This document shows, in pieces, positions 19,196-28,513 of a stretch of 52,588 nucleotides of DNA (within the stretch, counting starts at the first letter, position 1; the number at the start of each line of letters is the position of its first letter). Below the pieces are notes generated by a model, which did not search any database, had not been told where the DNA came from, and saw only the letters and a program-made list of their open reading frames with translations. A program made the translations under genes and the position numbers. Origin of the DNA: a bacterium. Lineage in GTDB: Bacteria > Zhuqueibacterota > Zhuqueibacteria > Oceanimicrobiales > Oceanimicrobiaceae. The stretch is from the NCBI GenBank assembly GCA_037446635.1, contig JBBIIG010000030.1, positions 1 through 52,588 on the forward strand. The letters are read 5' to 3'.

Positions 19196-20428
19196 TTATG
19201 AAAATACCATGCTGGCGAACGTCACCGTGGAGTTATTCTGATCCATGGTCGTTTCGGAGTAGTTGAGCAGCCGGCCTTCTTTGGCGTCGAGCGCGCGCAG
19301 CATGGTGTAGATGGATGAAAATCCGCACACCCGGTAGCAATCTCCCCGTTTTTCCACCGCGTGATAAAATCCTTCGTGATCCAATTCTGCGGCGCGTGCG
19401 ATGAGTTCGTGATCGGCGGCATGGACGTTGGCAAGGAACGCCGCATCCGGCGGCTGCTTATCGCCGTAACGCGGACCGACATGGGAAAAATCCACGCTGG
19501 CGATCAAGCAGACTTTTTTATCGAACTGCGCGATGGTCTCTCTCAACGCGGCGGTAAAATCATCCACGAGTTTGCGCTCGCGCGGGAAGAGATCGGAATT
19601 CAGTTGATGATACGAAAATGAACACAAGATCGGGACGAAGGTGAAGGGGCGCTTTTGGCCGAGCACATATTGCAGAAAAGGAAGCTGAAATTCGATGCTG
19701 TGCTCGCTGCGGTGCGGCAGAATTTCTGAGGCGTGCAGATTGCGCGTTTTTTGATTGAGCCGCTCGATGAAATCAAAATCGCATTGGGCGCGCCCCAGCG
19801 GCGTCTCAAAGTCTTTGGCCAGCACCGAATAGAGGTTCGCGAGCCCGGCGTGTCCCGTTCCCAAAATCACAAAGCAGTCAGGGGGCTGCGACTCGGCCAG
19901 GGCTCTGTATGCAAACGAGTAGCACGGTCCGCCCGCTCGCAAATCGATGTGGGGCGCGACGAGTCCCTTCACGACTTTGTGACTTTTCTTCACCGGTAAG
20001 CCGGCGCCCGCTGCGTTGGTGAAAAAACTTTTTATCTGCGCTTGCAGCTTCAGGGGATCGGCTTCGTAACTCTGTCCCGCGTGCGCCGGCGGCCGCGCGG
20101 GCCGGGAAAGAAATTCTCTTTCGATGGACTTGAGGGATTTTTGAAAGGTGTGATTGTCGAGATAAAGATTGTCATCAAGGTTGGCAAGGATTTCCGTGAG
20201 CTGTTCCTCGAACAGCAAGTTGCCGAACGCCTGCAAATATTTATAGCGCAAGTCAAGCCGTGAATGCTGGCCGTCGAAGAACTGCAGGAGATAAAAAATA
20301 TCTGGCGAAAGGAAGATGGTGTTGCTGGCGATGCCGTTGGGATCGCGCAGCGCAAACATGCGGCCGTGCGCCGTCTCCACCGGAAAGGCATCCACGTAAC
20401 GCAGTTTTGGATATTCGTTGTCGATCAT
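19196..20428 (-). CDS. amrB: AmmeMemoRadiSam system protein B (MEMO1 family) with N-terminal extension
   Basis: R.PAHAGQSY, APHID...G..Y, ILGTGH, FETPLG, H.SEHSIEFQLPFLQ, IAS.DFSH.G.RYGD, CG. Confidence 0.9.
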   Translation of the reverse strand: MIDNEYPKLRYVDAFPVETAHGRMFALRDPNGIASNTIFLSPDIFYLLQFFDGQHSRLDLRYKYLQAFGNLLFEEQLTEILANLDDNLYLDNHTFQKSLKSIEREFLSRPARPPAHAGQSYEADPLKLQAQIKSFFTNAAGAGLPVKKSHKVVKGLVAPHIDLRAGGPCYSFAYRALAESQPPDCFVILGTGHAGLANLYSVLAKDFETPLGRAQCDFDFIERLNQKTRNLHASEILPHRSEHSIEFQLPFLQYVLGQKRPFTFVPILCSFSYHQLNSDLFPRERKLVDDFTAALRETIAQFDKKVCLIASVDFSHVGPRYGDKQPPDAAFLANVHAADHELIARAAELDHEGFYHAVEKRGDCYRVCGFSSIYTMLRALDAKEGRLLNYSETTMDQNNSTVTFASMVFS

Positions 20429-20486
20429 AATCCTATCAACTACAAACTGTACAAACTAAAATTTTGAATTTTGATATTTGCATTTT

Positions 20487-21560
20487 TCAATAGACAATTC
20501 CAAAAGGTAATGCAACAACTTTTCCTGATATTTCCCGGCCATCTGTCACAATCTGCACTTCCGCGCCTTCGTTGGCGAACTTCGTCCGCACGTATCCCAG
20601 CGCAATGTTTTTCTTCAACCCAAGCGAATGGCCGACGCTGGTCAGGTATCCCACTTCCTGATCGTCAACAAAAATTAAATCCTGAGATTTTGGAAGCCGG
20701 TTCCCCTCGAGCATCACACCCATTAAATGCTTTTGCACTTTGTCGTAAGTGTCGAGACGGGCGATGACCTCCTGCCCGATGTAGCAGCCTTTGTTGAAAT
20801 TGATGTACGGCAACATGCCGGCTTCGTGGGGATTGATCTGGTCGTCAAAATCTTTTCCGAAAATGGGCCAGCCGGCTTCGATGCGCAGTGCCTCGTAAGC
20901 GGCTTCGCCCATGGGCCGCAAGTCAAATGGCTTCCCTGATTCGAGCAACTTATCCCACAGTTGCGCCGCGAGATCAATTTCAACGATGAGATCGAATCCC
21001 GCCGCCCGCAATTCATACGTGCGAGAGACCAGGAGCTTTTTGCCGTTCCAATCTATTTCCTGATGATGTTGATTGAAATCATTTTTGAAAAAGACTTTCA
21101 AAATCTGCGGACTCTTTGGGCCGAATAAAGACAGTGTGGTCAGCGCCGCCGTGAGATTTTCAATTTTCACATCTTCGATAAAAACATATTTGTCGATCCA
21201 CGCCGCTACTCGTTCGCTGCTGCCGGGACTAGTCGTCAAACGAATGCTGTTGGGAAATTTCAACAACAAAACGCGGTCGATGATGCGGCCCTTTTCATTG
21301 GCAAAAATATTGATCTGGCCCTCGCCGGGTTTAAGCGGGCGCAATTCATTGGTGGTGAGCCGATGCAGCAAATCCACATGATCGTTGCCCGAGACCCGCA
21401 GTTGTCCAAAATACGGGCGTTCCATTAAAACCGCATGGCTGCGGGCAGCAGAATATTCTTTCTCGATGTTCGAGTAGGTCTGAGGGACTTGCCAGCCGAA
21501 CGACTCGCCAAACGCCGCGCCGGCTTGTTTGTGTTTTTCAAAGAGGGGTGACCGATTCAT
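20487..21560 (-). CDS. Folate-binding aminomethyltransferase-like protein (YgfZ/GcvT family)
   Basis: GcvT-like fold with LRIEAG.P and the YgfZ signature KGCYIGQEVIAR. Confidence 0.9.
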   Translation of the reverse strand: MNRSPLFEKHKQAGAAFGESFGWQVPQTYSNIEKEYSAARSHAVLMERPYFGQLRVSGNDHVDLLHRLTTNELRPLKPGEGQINIFANEKGRIIDRVLLLKFPNSIRLTTSPGSSERVAAWIDKYVFIEDVKIENLTAALTTLSLFGPKSPQILKVFFKNDFNQHHQEIDWNGKKLLVSRTYELRAAGFDLIVEIDLAAQLWDKLLESGKPFDLRPMGEAAYEALRIEAGWPIFGKDFDDQINPHEAGMLPYINFNKGCYIGQEVIARLDTYDKVQKHLMGVMLEGNRLPKSQDLIFVDDQEVGYLTSVGHSLGLKKNIALGYVRTKFANEGAEVQIVTDGREISGKVVALPFGIVY

Positions 21561-21569
21561 GGTTTGTTA

Positions 21570-22496
21570 CTAACTCGCCTGCACAAACTCCAAAACTGAC
21601 TTTTTGATCCCGGCCGCCGAGAAGCCGTATTTTTGGTAGAGCGCTTCGGGGGAACCGGACTCGCCGAAAACGCTCATGCCGATGCGCTTCATTTTAGTGG
21701 GACGCCGCTCGCTCAGCAGCTCGGCCACCGCGCCGCCAAGGCCGCCGTTCACCGAGTGGTCTTCGATGGTGACCACTCGCTCGCAGGTGGCTGCGGCATC
21801 GAGAATCAGGTCTTCGTCCAGCGGTTTGATGGAGTGAATGTTGATGACGGTCGTGCTGACACCCTCCTTCGCTAATTCCTTTGCCGCTTTGAGGGCGTTG
21901 CTCACCACGCCGCCAGTGGCCAGCAGCGCCACGTCGCGGCCTTCATGAAGCACGACCCCTTTGCCAAATTGGAATCGGTAGTTCGGGGGATTGACATCAT
22001 CCAAATTTTGGCGAGTGAGCCGGAGATACGCGGGCCGGTTTTGGTTGACCAAAAACGCCACGGCCTGTTTGGTTTCGATTTCGTCCGCGGGTTGGATGAT
22101 GGGAATATTGGGTAGTGTTCGAATCAACGCAATGTCCTCCAGTCCCATCTGGCTGTAGCCGTCCTCGCCGATGCCGATGCCCACGTGGGTGCCCACGATG
22201 CGCACCGGGGCTTCGTTGTACGCCACGGACATGCGCACCTGCTCGAAGCGATTGACCACAAAGCAGGCAAAGCTGCAAATGAACGGAATCTTCCCTGCCA
22301 GCGCCAGTCCGGCGCCGATGCCCACCATGTTGCTTTCGGCAATACCGACGTTAAAATGGCGCGCCGGGAATTTCTCGGAAAATTTTCGCGTCATGGTGGA
22401 ATGGCTGAGGTCGGCGTCCACCACGACGAGGTTGGGATAAGTTTCAGCTAGTTCTAAAATGGCTTCGCCAAATGCGGCGCGTGATGCTTTGGGCAT
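21570..22496 (-). CDS. Transketolase, C-terminal (pyrimidine-binding) subunit
   Basis: R.AFGE, DADL..ST, NVGIAE.NM, GEDG.SQM..ED, IEDHS..GGLG. Confidence 0.95.
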   Translation of the reverse strand: MPKASRAAFGEAILELAETYPNLVVVDADLSHSTMTRKFSEKFPARHFNVGIAESNMVGIGAGLALAGKIPFICSFACFVVNRFEQVRMSVAYNEAPVRIVGTHVGIGIGEDGYSQMGLEDIALIRTLPNIPIIQPADEIETKQAVAFLVNQNRPAYLRLTRQNLDDVNPPNYRFQFGKGVVLHEGRDVALLATGGVVSNALKAAKELAKEGVSTTVINIHSIKPLDEDLILDAAATCERVVTIEDHSVNGGLGGAVAELLSERRPTKMKRIGMSVFGESGSPEALYQKYGFSAAGIKKSVLEFVQAS

Positions 22497-22519
22497 GTTG
22501 GGGTTCCTTTTCCTGTAAT

Positions 22520-22635
22520 AGAAAATAGATGGCTTCTACTGTTTTTTCAGCGGCATTTGGGTTATCTGCTGCAATATAGTCATAAATTTCTAGTAACCAA
22601 ATTTCTGCCTCATTCGTCCAGTTTACTTTCGCCAC
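22520..22635 (-). pseudogene. Truncated RelE/ParE family toxin
   Basis: MAKVNWTNEAEIWLLEIYDYIAADNPNAAEKTVEAIY is a ParE-type N-terminus. Similarity ends after about 37 aa and the frame runs into the transketolase gene. Confidence 0.8.
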
Positions 22636-22757
22636 GTGCGAATTCTCCGCTTCATTTCTTGATGGCTAATGGTTCTGTCCGCATCGGAATCGGCAAGACC
22701 TCGTTGCACCATTTAAGCAAAGGCCAATTCCCGGAGAATTTCGTCATAGGAACTGAT
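22623..22757 (-). pseudogene. Antitoxin remnant (cognate of the ParE fragment) with internal stop
   Basis: SSYDEILRELAFA*MVQRGLADSDADRTISHQEMKRRIRTWRK*, with TAA at 22713-22715. Its 3' end overlaps the toxin GTG start; the 5' end is missing. Confidence 0.75.
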
Positions 22758-22758
22758 A

Positions 22759-23589
22759 CTAAATCTCGGCCGCCAAAATTTCTTTCACCGCCAGTTCCGC
22801 TTGCTCGCGATTGGGCGCTTTGCCGTGCCAGCCAATCTGGCCCTCCATGAACGAAACGCCCTTGCCTTTTATCGTATGCGCGAGAATGAAAGTGGGCCGG
22901 CCTTTGGTTCTCTGCGCTTCATCCAGCGCGCTCAAAATTTGTTCGAAGTTGTGCCCGTCAATTTCAATCAGATGCCAGTTGAAGGCTGTGACTTTGTCTT
23001 TGATGGGTTCGAGATTCATGATCTCGTTGGTGGGGCCGTCGATTTGACCTTTGTTGTAATCGAGGATCGTCACCAGCGTGTCGAGCTTGAATTTGGGGGC
23101 GGACATCAACCCTTCCCAGATTTGTCCGGCCTGCGATTCGCCGTCGCCCAACATGCAATAAACGCGGAAGGCGTCGCCGTCCAATTTGCTCGCCAGCGCC
23201 AAGCCGATGGCGATGGACAATCCCTGTCCCAGCGATCCGGTGGAAGCCTCGATGCCCGGCAGCTTCACGCGATCGGGGTGCCCCTGCAGCCGGCTGTCGA
23301 TTTTGCGCAGGGTCATGAGTTCCTCATTTGGAAAATAGCCGGCTTTGGCAAGACAAGCATACACCGCCGGCACGCCGTGCCCTTTCGATAAAATCAGTCG
23401 GTCGCGCTGCGGCCAATTTGGGTCTTTGGGATTGTGGCGCATTTGATGAAAATAAAGACAGGTCAACATATCAATCGCGGAGAGGGAGCCGCCGGGGTGG
23501 CCGCTGCCGGCCTCCAAAAGCATGTTGATGATGTCCACTCGCAGCTCGCGCGCAATTTTTTTGAGTTCGTGTATTTTGTAATCGGTCAT
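22759..23589 (-). CDS. Transketolase, N-terminal (TPP-binding) subunit
   Basis: AGSGHPGGSLS, RDRLILSKGH, LQGHP, STGSLGQG, LGDGE...G.IWE, T.KGKGVSFME...WHGKAP. Confidence 0.95.
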   Translation of the reverse strand: MTDYKIHELKKIARELRVDIINMLLEAGSGHPGGSLSAIDMLTCLYFHQMRHNPKDPNWPQRDRLILSKGHGVPAVYACLAKAGYFPNEELMTLRKIDSRLQGHPDRVKLPGIEASTGSLGQGLSIAIGLALASKLDGDAFRVYCMLGDGESQAGQIWEGLMSAPKFKLDTLVTILDYNKGQIDGPTNEIMNLEPIKDKVTAFNWHLIEIDGHNFEQILSALDEAQRTKGRPTFILAHTIKGKGVSFMEGQIGWHGKAPNREQAELAVKEILAAEI

Positions 23590-23652
23590 GATGTTCTCCG
23601 TCAAGGATGCAAGGTAGAAAATTATGATCGAAAATCAAGAGCTTTCAATTCG

Positions 23653-23874
23653 CTAAAATCCTTTGATGGGAAAGTCGTCATAAATTTTTTTTATTTTGTA
23701 AGGTTGAAAGGCTTCTTTGAGGTCTTTTTTGCTAAGGTCGTCATTGGCCTTGATTTTGACGGTGCCCGTGAGCTTGGAGAGCCGCAAAATCATGATGCCC
23801 GGGTTGTGCTGCGCCAGCGCGCGATTCAAATCCTCAAGCGTTACGCCTTCTTCAAATTCAATAAATTTTTCCAT
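23653..23874 (-). CDS. Small hypothetical protein (73 aa)
   Basis: GGGGAG RBS, ATG start, fills the intergenic space and has alternating alpha/beta composition. Confidence 0.7.
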   Translation of the reverse strand: MEKFIEFEEGVTLEDLNRALAQHNPGIMILRLSKLTGTVKIKANDDLSKKDLKEAFQPYKIKKIYDDFPIKGF

Positions 23875-23947
23875 TGCAATCTCCCCTAAAATGTTACCTC
23901 TGCAATCTATATAAGTCAGAAATCGTTAAATAGCAAGCGCAAGTATT

Positions 23948-24862
23948 TTATACCACGACGCGCTGCAAATCATGGCCAAGAATGGTATTGGGAAAAATCG
24001 CCTGCGCCTGCTGCGCCAAGTGCGCGCACTCATCTTCACTGTAGCGCGCGCTGATGTGCGTCAGAATTAATTTCTTGACCCCGGCCTGCTTTGCGATTTC
24101 CGCCGCCTCGGTGGCGGTGGAGTGCCCCGCGTGTTCCGCGAGTGTTTGTTGAGAAGCGTCAAACGTGGCCTCGTGGATGAGCACGTCCGCGTCGCGCGCC
24201 AGTTCCACGGCACTCGGACACGGGCGGGTGTCGAGGCAAAGTGCGACGACGCGCCCTGGCCGCGGCGGACCCAGCACTTGTTCCGGTCGAACGATAGCGC
24301 CATTCGGCAGCGTCACGGTTTCACCCTGCTGCAGCCGGCGGCGGAGTGGGCCGCTGGGGAGGCCCAACCGCTCAGCCGTTACAACGTCAAATTCTCCCGG
24401 ACGCGTCTTCTCCTGCAAGCGAAACCCTAACACAAACACGCTGTGCCGCAGCGGCAAGGCGGTAACCGTGTACTCAGCCATCTCCCAAAGCACTTGCTCG
24501 GCGGAAGCGGAGACTTCAGTGATTTTTATTTCGTAATGGAATTTAAATTGCGATAGCTTTTCCATAAACGTCAAGTAGCGGGCGAAGCCTTCAGGGCCGT
24601 AAAGATAAAGCGGTTTCTCACGCCCGGCTAATTGCAGGGAAGTCAAAAGTCCAATCAAGCCGTAGAGGTGATCGCCGTGAAAATGGGAGATAAAAATCCG
24701 GCTCAGCTTACCCGGTTTAAGCTGAGCTTTTTGAAACTGTATTTGTGTACCTTCACCGCAATCGAACAGCAGAATTTCGCCTTCGCGAATGATGGCCGTT
24801 GCCGACGGCCATCGCGACTGGGTGGGCAGCGCGGCGCTGGTTCCGAGCAGAACGATTTCCAT
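23948..24862 (-). CDS. rnz: Ribonuclease Z
   Basis: LGTSAA.PT..R, FDCGEGTQ, SHFHGDH, GP-rich exosite, DTRPC, HEATF, HST, LTHISARY. Confidence 0.95.
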   Translation of the reverse strand: MEIVLLGTSAALPTQSRWPSATAIIREGEILLFDCGEGTQIQFQKAQLKPGKLSRIFISHFHGDHLYGLIGLLTSLQLAGREKPLYLYGPEGFARYLTFMEKLSQFKFHYEIKITEVSASAEQVLWEMAEYTVTALPLRHSVFVLGFRLQEKTRPGEFDVVTAERLGLPSGPLRRRLQQGETVTLPNGAIVRPEQVLGPPRPGRVVALCLDTRPCPSAVELARDADVLIHEATFDASQQTLAEHAGHSTATEAAEIAKQAGVKKLILTHISARYSEDECAHLAQQAQAIFPNTILGHDLQRVVV

Positions 24863-25749
24863 CACGAACTAACTGTCGCCTCCATCTCCACCCGGCGCGG
24901 CGATTCCCCCCAGATCGCCAATCCCACGCCAGTCAAGATTAAACTACCGCCAATCGCCTGAAATGCAGTAATCTTTTCTCCGAGCACGAAAAACGCCAGA
25001 ATGCTGGCGCCGACGGGTTCGCCCAGCGTAACCAGCGCCACCATCGTCGCCGAAACATATTTCAGCGCCCAGTTGAAACTGGTGTGCCCAATGACTTGCG
25101 GCGCCAAAGCAATCAATAGCAGCAAAAGATAGATTTTGAGTTCATAGCCCACGAAGTTCAGATTAAGCGCAAAAGTGATGATCACCAGGAAAATCGCGGT
25201 TACGGAATAGACCACCGAAACATACGTCAACGTATCGATGCGCGTCCGCAGCTTGCGGCCGATGAGAAAGTAGCCCGCTCCGCCGACGGCGCCCAACAAC
25301 GCCAGCACGTTTCCAAGACCGGCGTTTTCAGCCGCCTCGGATTGATTGAGACTAAGCGTAACTATTCCCAAGACTGCGATGGCAATCCCAATCATCACCT
25401 CGACTTTTATTTTTTCTTTTAAGATCAGAAACGAACCGAAGGCGACGAAAATCGGGGCGGTGGAAACCAGCATCACGGAATTGGCGACGGAGGTGAATTT
25501 CAACGAGGTGATCCAGGTGGCGAAATGCAGGCAAAGAAAGAGTCCCGAGATCAGCGCCAGACGAAAATCCGATCGTTCAAATGCGGCCATGGGGTTGTGT
25601 TTTTTAACGGCGCTGACGCCGAGAAAAAAAAGCGCCGAAAGCGTCAGCCGAAACGAGGCGATAACCATCGCGGGGGCGTCGCAGAGTTTGATTAAAATCG
25701 ACGCGCCGGAGACCGCAAGAATGCCGATTAGCAAAACCAGATATACCAT
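24862..25749 (-). CDS. DMT/EamA family transporter
   Basis: 10 TM helices; HFATWITSL.FTSVA, PQVIGHTSFNWAL, LGEPVGASILA; TGATG overlap with rnz. Confidence 0.92.
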   Translation of the reverse strand: MVYLVLLIGILAVSGASILIKLCDAPAMVIASFRLTLSALFFLGVSAVKKHNPMAAFERSDFRLALISGLFLCLHFATWITSLKFTSVANSVMLVSTAPIFVAFGSFLILKEKIKVEVMIGIAIAVLGIVTLSLNQSEAAENAGLGNVLALLGAVGGAGYFLIGRKLRTRIDTLTYVSVVYSVTAIFLVIITFALNLNFVGYELKIYLLLLLIALAPQVIGHTSFNWALKYVSATMVALVTLGEPVGASILAFFVLGEKITAFQAIGGSLILTGVGLAIWGESPRRVEMEATVSS

Positions 25750-25773
25750 ATTACCAAAAATAGCGATTCTGAA

Positions 25774-25810
25774 ATAAAAAAGCCACCTTCTTTACGAATA
25801 AGGTGGCTTT
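25774..25810 (-). terminator. Rho-independent terminator after the ferredoxin gene
   Basis: 11-bp stem aaagccacctt/aaggtggcttt, followed on the minus strand by a T-run. Confidence 0.75.
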
Positions 25811-25834
25811 CAAAGCTGGCAAACTGCTTGCCTT

Positions 25835-26116
25835 TTATGGCGCGCTCAAACCGAAGGCCACGTAATTGTAGGCGATGTAAGCTTTCCATTTGTCGGGGAC
25901 TTCGTCTTCCGGGAAGATGGCCTCCACTGGACATTCCGGCTCGCAGGCGCCGCAATCGATGCACTCTTCCGGATGGATGTAGAGCATCATCTTGTACGCC
26001 TCGTCGCCTTCTTTGAGCTGGGTGTCTTCGACTTCATAAATGCAGTCCACCGGGCACACGTCCACACAGGCGCGGTCGCGAACATCAACACAGGGTTCAG
26101 CGATGATGTAGGTCAT
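25835..26116 (-). CDS. 7Fe-type ferredoxin (FdxA-like)
   Basis: [24 protein letters not shown] and [30 protein letters not shown]. Confidence 0.95.
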   Translation of the reverse strand: MTYIIAEPCVDVRDRACVDVCPVDCIYEVEDTQLKEGDEAYKMMLYIHPEECIDCGACEPECPVEAIFPEDEVPDKWKAYIAYNYVAFGLSAP

Positions 26117-26189
26117 GATTTCACCTCCTTTATGGTGTTTTCAAAATTCAACATTCGAACTTCCATGGTTCGATATTCTTTGTTCAAAA

Positions 26190-26756
26190 TCATTTCTTGA
26201 CCATTCGTAAACAGGTCTCAGCTACTTCGGAGACCACGTCGTCGTAATTGACGGCAATGCCGCCGCTTTTGAGATAAAAGATGGTTTGAATGATCGTCCC
26301 CATCACCATCGCTCCGGCCAACTGCACATCTACTTTGCGAAAGATACCCTGCATTTGCCCAAGCCGCAGAATTTTCGTGAGCATTTGTTTGGGCTTCATA
26401 CGCTCGCGGGATTGCTTTTTCAGCTCCGTTTGATGGGCGGCAATGATGAACGAATAGCGGCGCTGCTCGCGGCGGGAGAACTCAAAAAACCCTTCGATGT
26501 ACGCTCGCAGCATCTCTTGCGGGTTGCGGGTGTTCTTGAGGTAGCCTTTGAGAAATTTCCAGAAGAAGTTGAGGTTTTCGTCAAATAAAATTTCCGCCAG
26601 CTCTTCTTTGCTTTCAAAGTGGCGGTAGATGGTGCCTTCGGAGATGCCGGCGCGCAGGGCGATGTCGCGGGTGGTGGTGGCTTTGATGCCTTTACGCATG
26701 AACAGCGCCAGAGCGGCGTCGATGACTTCGGATTTTTTAGTAAGTGGGCGCGCCAT
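26190..26756 (-). CDS. TetR/AcrR family transcriptional regulator
   Basis: AAL.LF..KG..ATTTRDIA.RAGISEGTIYRHF.SKEEL. Confidence 0.95.
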   Translation of the reverse strand: MARPLTKKSEVIDAALALFMRKGIKATTTRDIALRAGISEGTIYRHFESKEELAEILFDENLNFFWKFLKGYLKNTRNPQEMLRAYIEGFFEFSRREQRRYSFIIAAHQTELKKQSRERMKPKQMLTKILRLGQMQGIFRKVDVQLAGAMVMGTIIQTIFYLKSGGIAVNYDDVVSEVAETCLRMVKK

Positions 26757-26762
26757 AATTGA

Positions 26763-26816
26763 TAAGTAAGTGTTTACTTACATATCAGATATATAAAAAT
26801 TGTGCCTAAAAGTCAA
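26763..26816 (-). promoter_or_regulatory. Putative sigma-70 promoter and palindromic TetR operator
   Basis: Minus strand has TTGACT-17 nt-TATATC. The palindrome TAAGTAA-GTGT-TTACTTA (26763-26780) sits just upstream of the tetR ATG. Confidence 0.55.
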
Positions 26817-26836
26817 GCAAAAATTTTAATTTATAC

Positions 26837-28513
26837 TCAATCCACCCGATTCGGATCATTCCAGTAAAAGCGGGTGATGCCGAGATTGGTGCCGAACCAG
26901 ATGTAGTCGCCGTCCAGCAGAATGGCGTTGACGTGATTATCCAGCAGCCCGTCATCGACGTTGAAGGTGCGCCAGGAGCGGGTTTTGCGGTCGAACTTCA
27001 TCACCCCCTGGTTGGTGCCGGCCCACACCGCATTTTTGTCCGCGAGGATGCGATTGACGGCGAGATTCGAGAAGAAGCGCCCTTCCGGCGTACCCAACCA
27101 CTGCTGCTTTTTCACATCATAAACATCAATGCCGTCGAGGCCGCCGAACCAGATTTCATCGCCGTAGCGCGAGATGGTGGTGACGGTGCGATCCAGCGGC
27201 CCGCCGACGTCGCTGCTGAATCCGCCCTCGCGCTTGCGGGCGTCGTAAACATAAATACCTTGATTGGTCGCCGCCCACAGCAGATTTTCCATGCGCTCGA
27301 GATCGTAAACTTCCACCAGCGTCAGATTTCCCGGACTGATCTTTTCAAACCGTAGGCTGTCTTTTTTCGCGAGATTTTTTTTCAGAATGCGATTCAGGCC
27401 ATTAGCCGTGGCCACCCACACGGTGGTGTCGTCCACTGCGGTGTCAAAAACCCGATTGTCCGACAAACCATCGAAGGAGTCGTAGGTCTTCCAACTGTTA
27501 TTCTTTTTCGAGTAGCGAGTGAGACCGTATTCGGTGGCGAGCCAGAGATCGTCGCCGTCGGGCGTGATGGCGTTAATTTGATCGCTGCGCAGTTGGCTGA
27601 CGTTCCGCCGTTCGATGAAGCGCCAGGTTTCGCGTTTGAGATCCCAGGCGGTGATGCCGTGAATCTCATCGAATTCATCGACGCCGCCAATCCAGAGCAC
27701 GCCGTGGTGGAAGGCCATGGCATTCACCACCGCGCTGGCCAATCCGAATTCGAGCATCTCCAGCCGCAGGCTGTGGGCGTCGCCGCGGCCTGCGCCTAAA
27801 CCGTTGGTGCCAATCCAGAAGTTCCCCCAATCGTCCTGGTAGGCGGCAGTGATTTCGGCGCCGCGAAAGTTGGGGTCTTCCACAAAGCCGGCGGGATTAA
27901 AGAGATAGTTATTGGACATAAAAAAATGCGGCAGCCGGCGCAGATTCGCCCGCCGCCCAAACCAACGAATTTCGCCGGTGGAATTATCGAACGCGCCGTT
28001 GTTGGCCACCAGCACAATGCCGCCAAATTTGCTCACTTCAAACCAGCGGCCGCTGCGGGTTTCAAAAAAAATTTGGGTGGGCGCGACACCAATGGATTCC
28101 ACCTCGTCAAAATTGGAGAGACCGAATTCGGCTTTGATGTAATTGGTCCAGCGCTCGGCAGTGGGGTGATAAAAACTGATGGCCGTGCGCGAGGCGCACC
28201 ACAAAAAACCGGTGTCGATATCGAATGCGACCGCGGAGATGTGATTGTCGGCCAGACCGTTGCTGGTGGTCATGGGATAGTGCCAGCGGTTTTGAAACTT
28301 ATCGTAGCGGGTGATGCCGGAGTGGACGGTGCCGAAATAAATGTACTGATCGCCCACCGCAACCGAAGTGACAAAACGCGCCACGGAGTAACTCACCCAA
28401 TCACCCTGCTCATAATTGGAGTTGGTGCCGCCGCGGTTCACCGGCGTCGGCTCCTGCGCGTGCAGCGTCACGGCGATGGATAAACAGAGGGTGGCCTTCA
28501 AAAATTGATTCAT
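26837..28513 (-). CDS. Secreted beta-propeller protein (two-component-regulator-propeller-like repeats)
   Basis: Signal peptide; repeated GL.DN.V..I..D...W.GT..G...D units. Confidence 0.85.
   Translation of the reverse strand: MNQFLKATLCLSIAVTLHAQEPTPVNRGGTNSNYEQGDWVSYSVARFVTSVAVGDQYIYFGTVHSGITRYDKFQNRWHYPMTTSNGLADNHISAVAFDIDTGFLWCASRTAISFYHPTAERWTNYIKAEFGLSNFDEVESIGVAPTQIFFETRSGRWFEVSKFGGIVLVANNGAFDNSTGEIRWFGRRANLRRLPHFFMSNNYLFNPAGFVEDPNFRGAEITAAYQDDWGNFWIGTNGLGAGRGDAHSLRLEMLEFGLASAVVNAMAFHHGVLWIGGVDEFDEIHGITAWDLKRETWRFIERRNVSQLRSDQINAITPDGDDLWLATEYGLTRYSKKNNSWKTYDSFDGLSDNRVFDTAVDDTTVWVATANGLNRILKKNLAKKDSLRFEKISPGNLTLVEVYDLERMENLLWAATNQGIYVYDARKREGGFSSDVGGPLDRTVTTISRYGDEIWFGGLDGIDVYDVKKQQWLGTPEGRFFSNLAVNRILADKNAVWAGTNQGVMKFDRKTRSWRTFNVDDGLLDNHVNAILLDGDYIWFGTNLGITRFYWNDPNRVD

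Noticed and set aside
20431..20495. 7-nt-period AT-rich repeats (ttttgaa/ttttgat/atttgca) between the ygfZ-like gene and amrB
   Set aside because: Possibly another periodic hairpin element, but the arms are too degenerate to call.
22713..22715. In-frame stop in the antitoxin remnant as possible recoding
   Set aside because: The codon is TAA in a gene that also lacks its 5' end; pseudogenisation is the simpler explanation.
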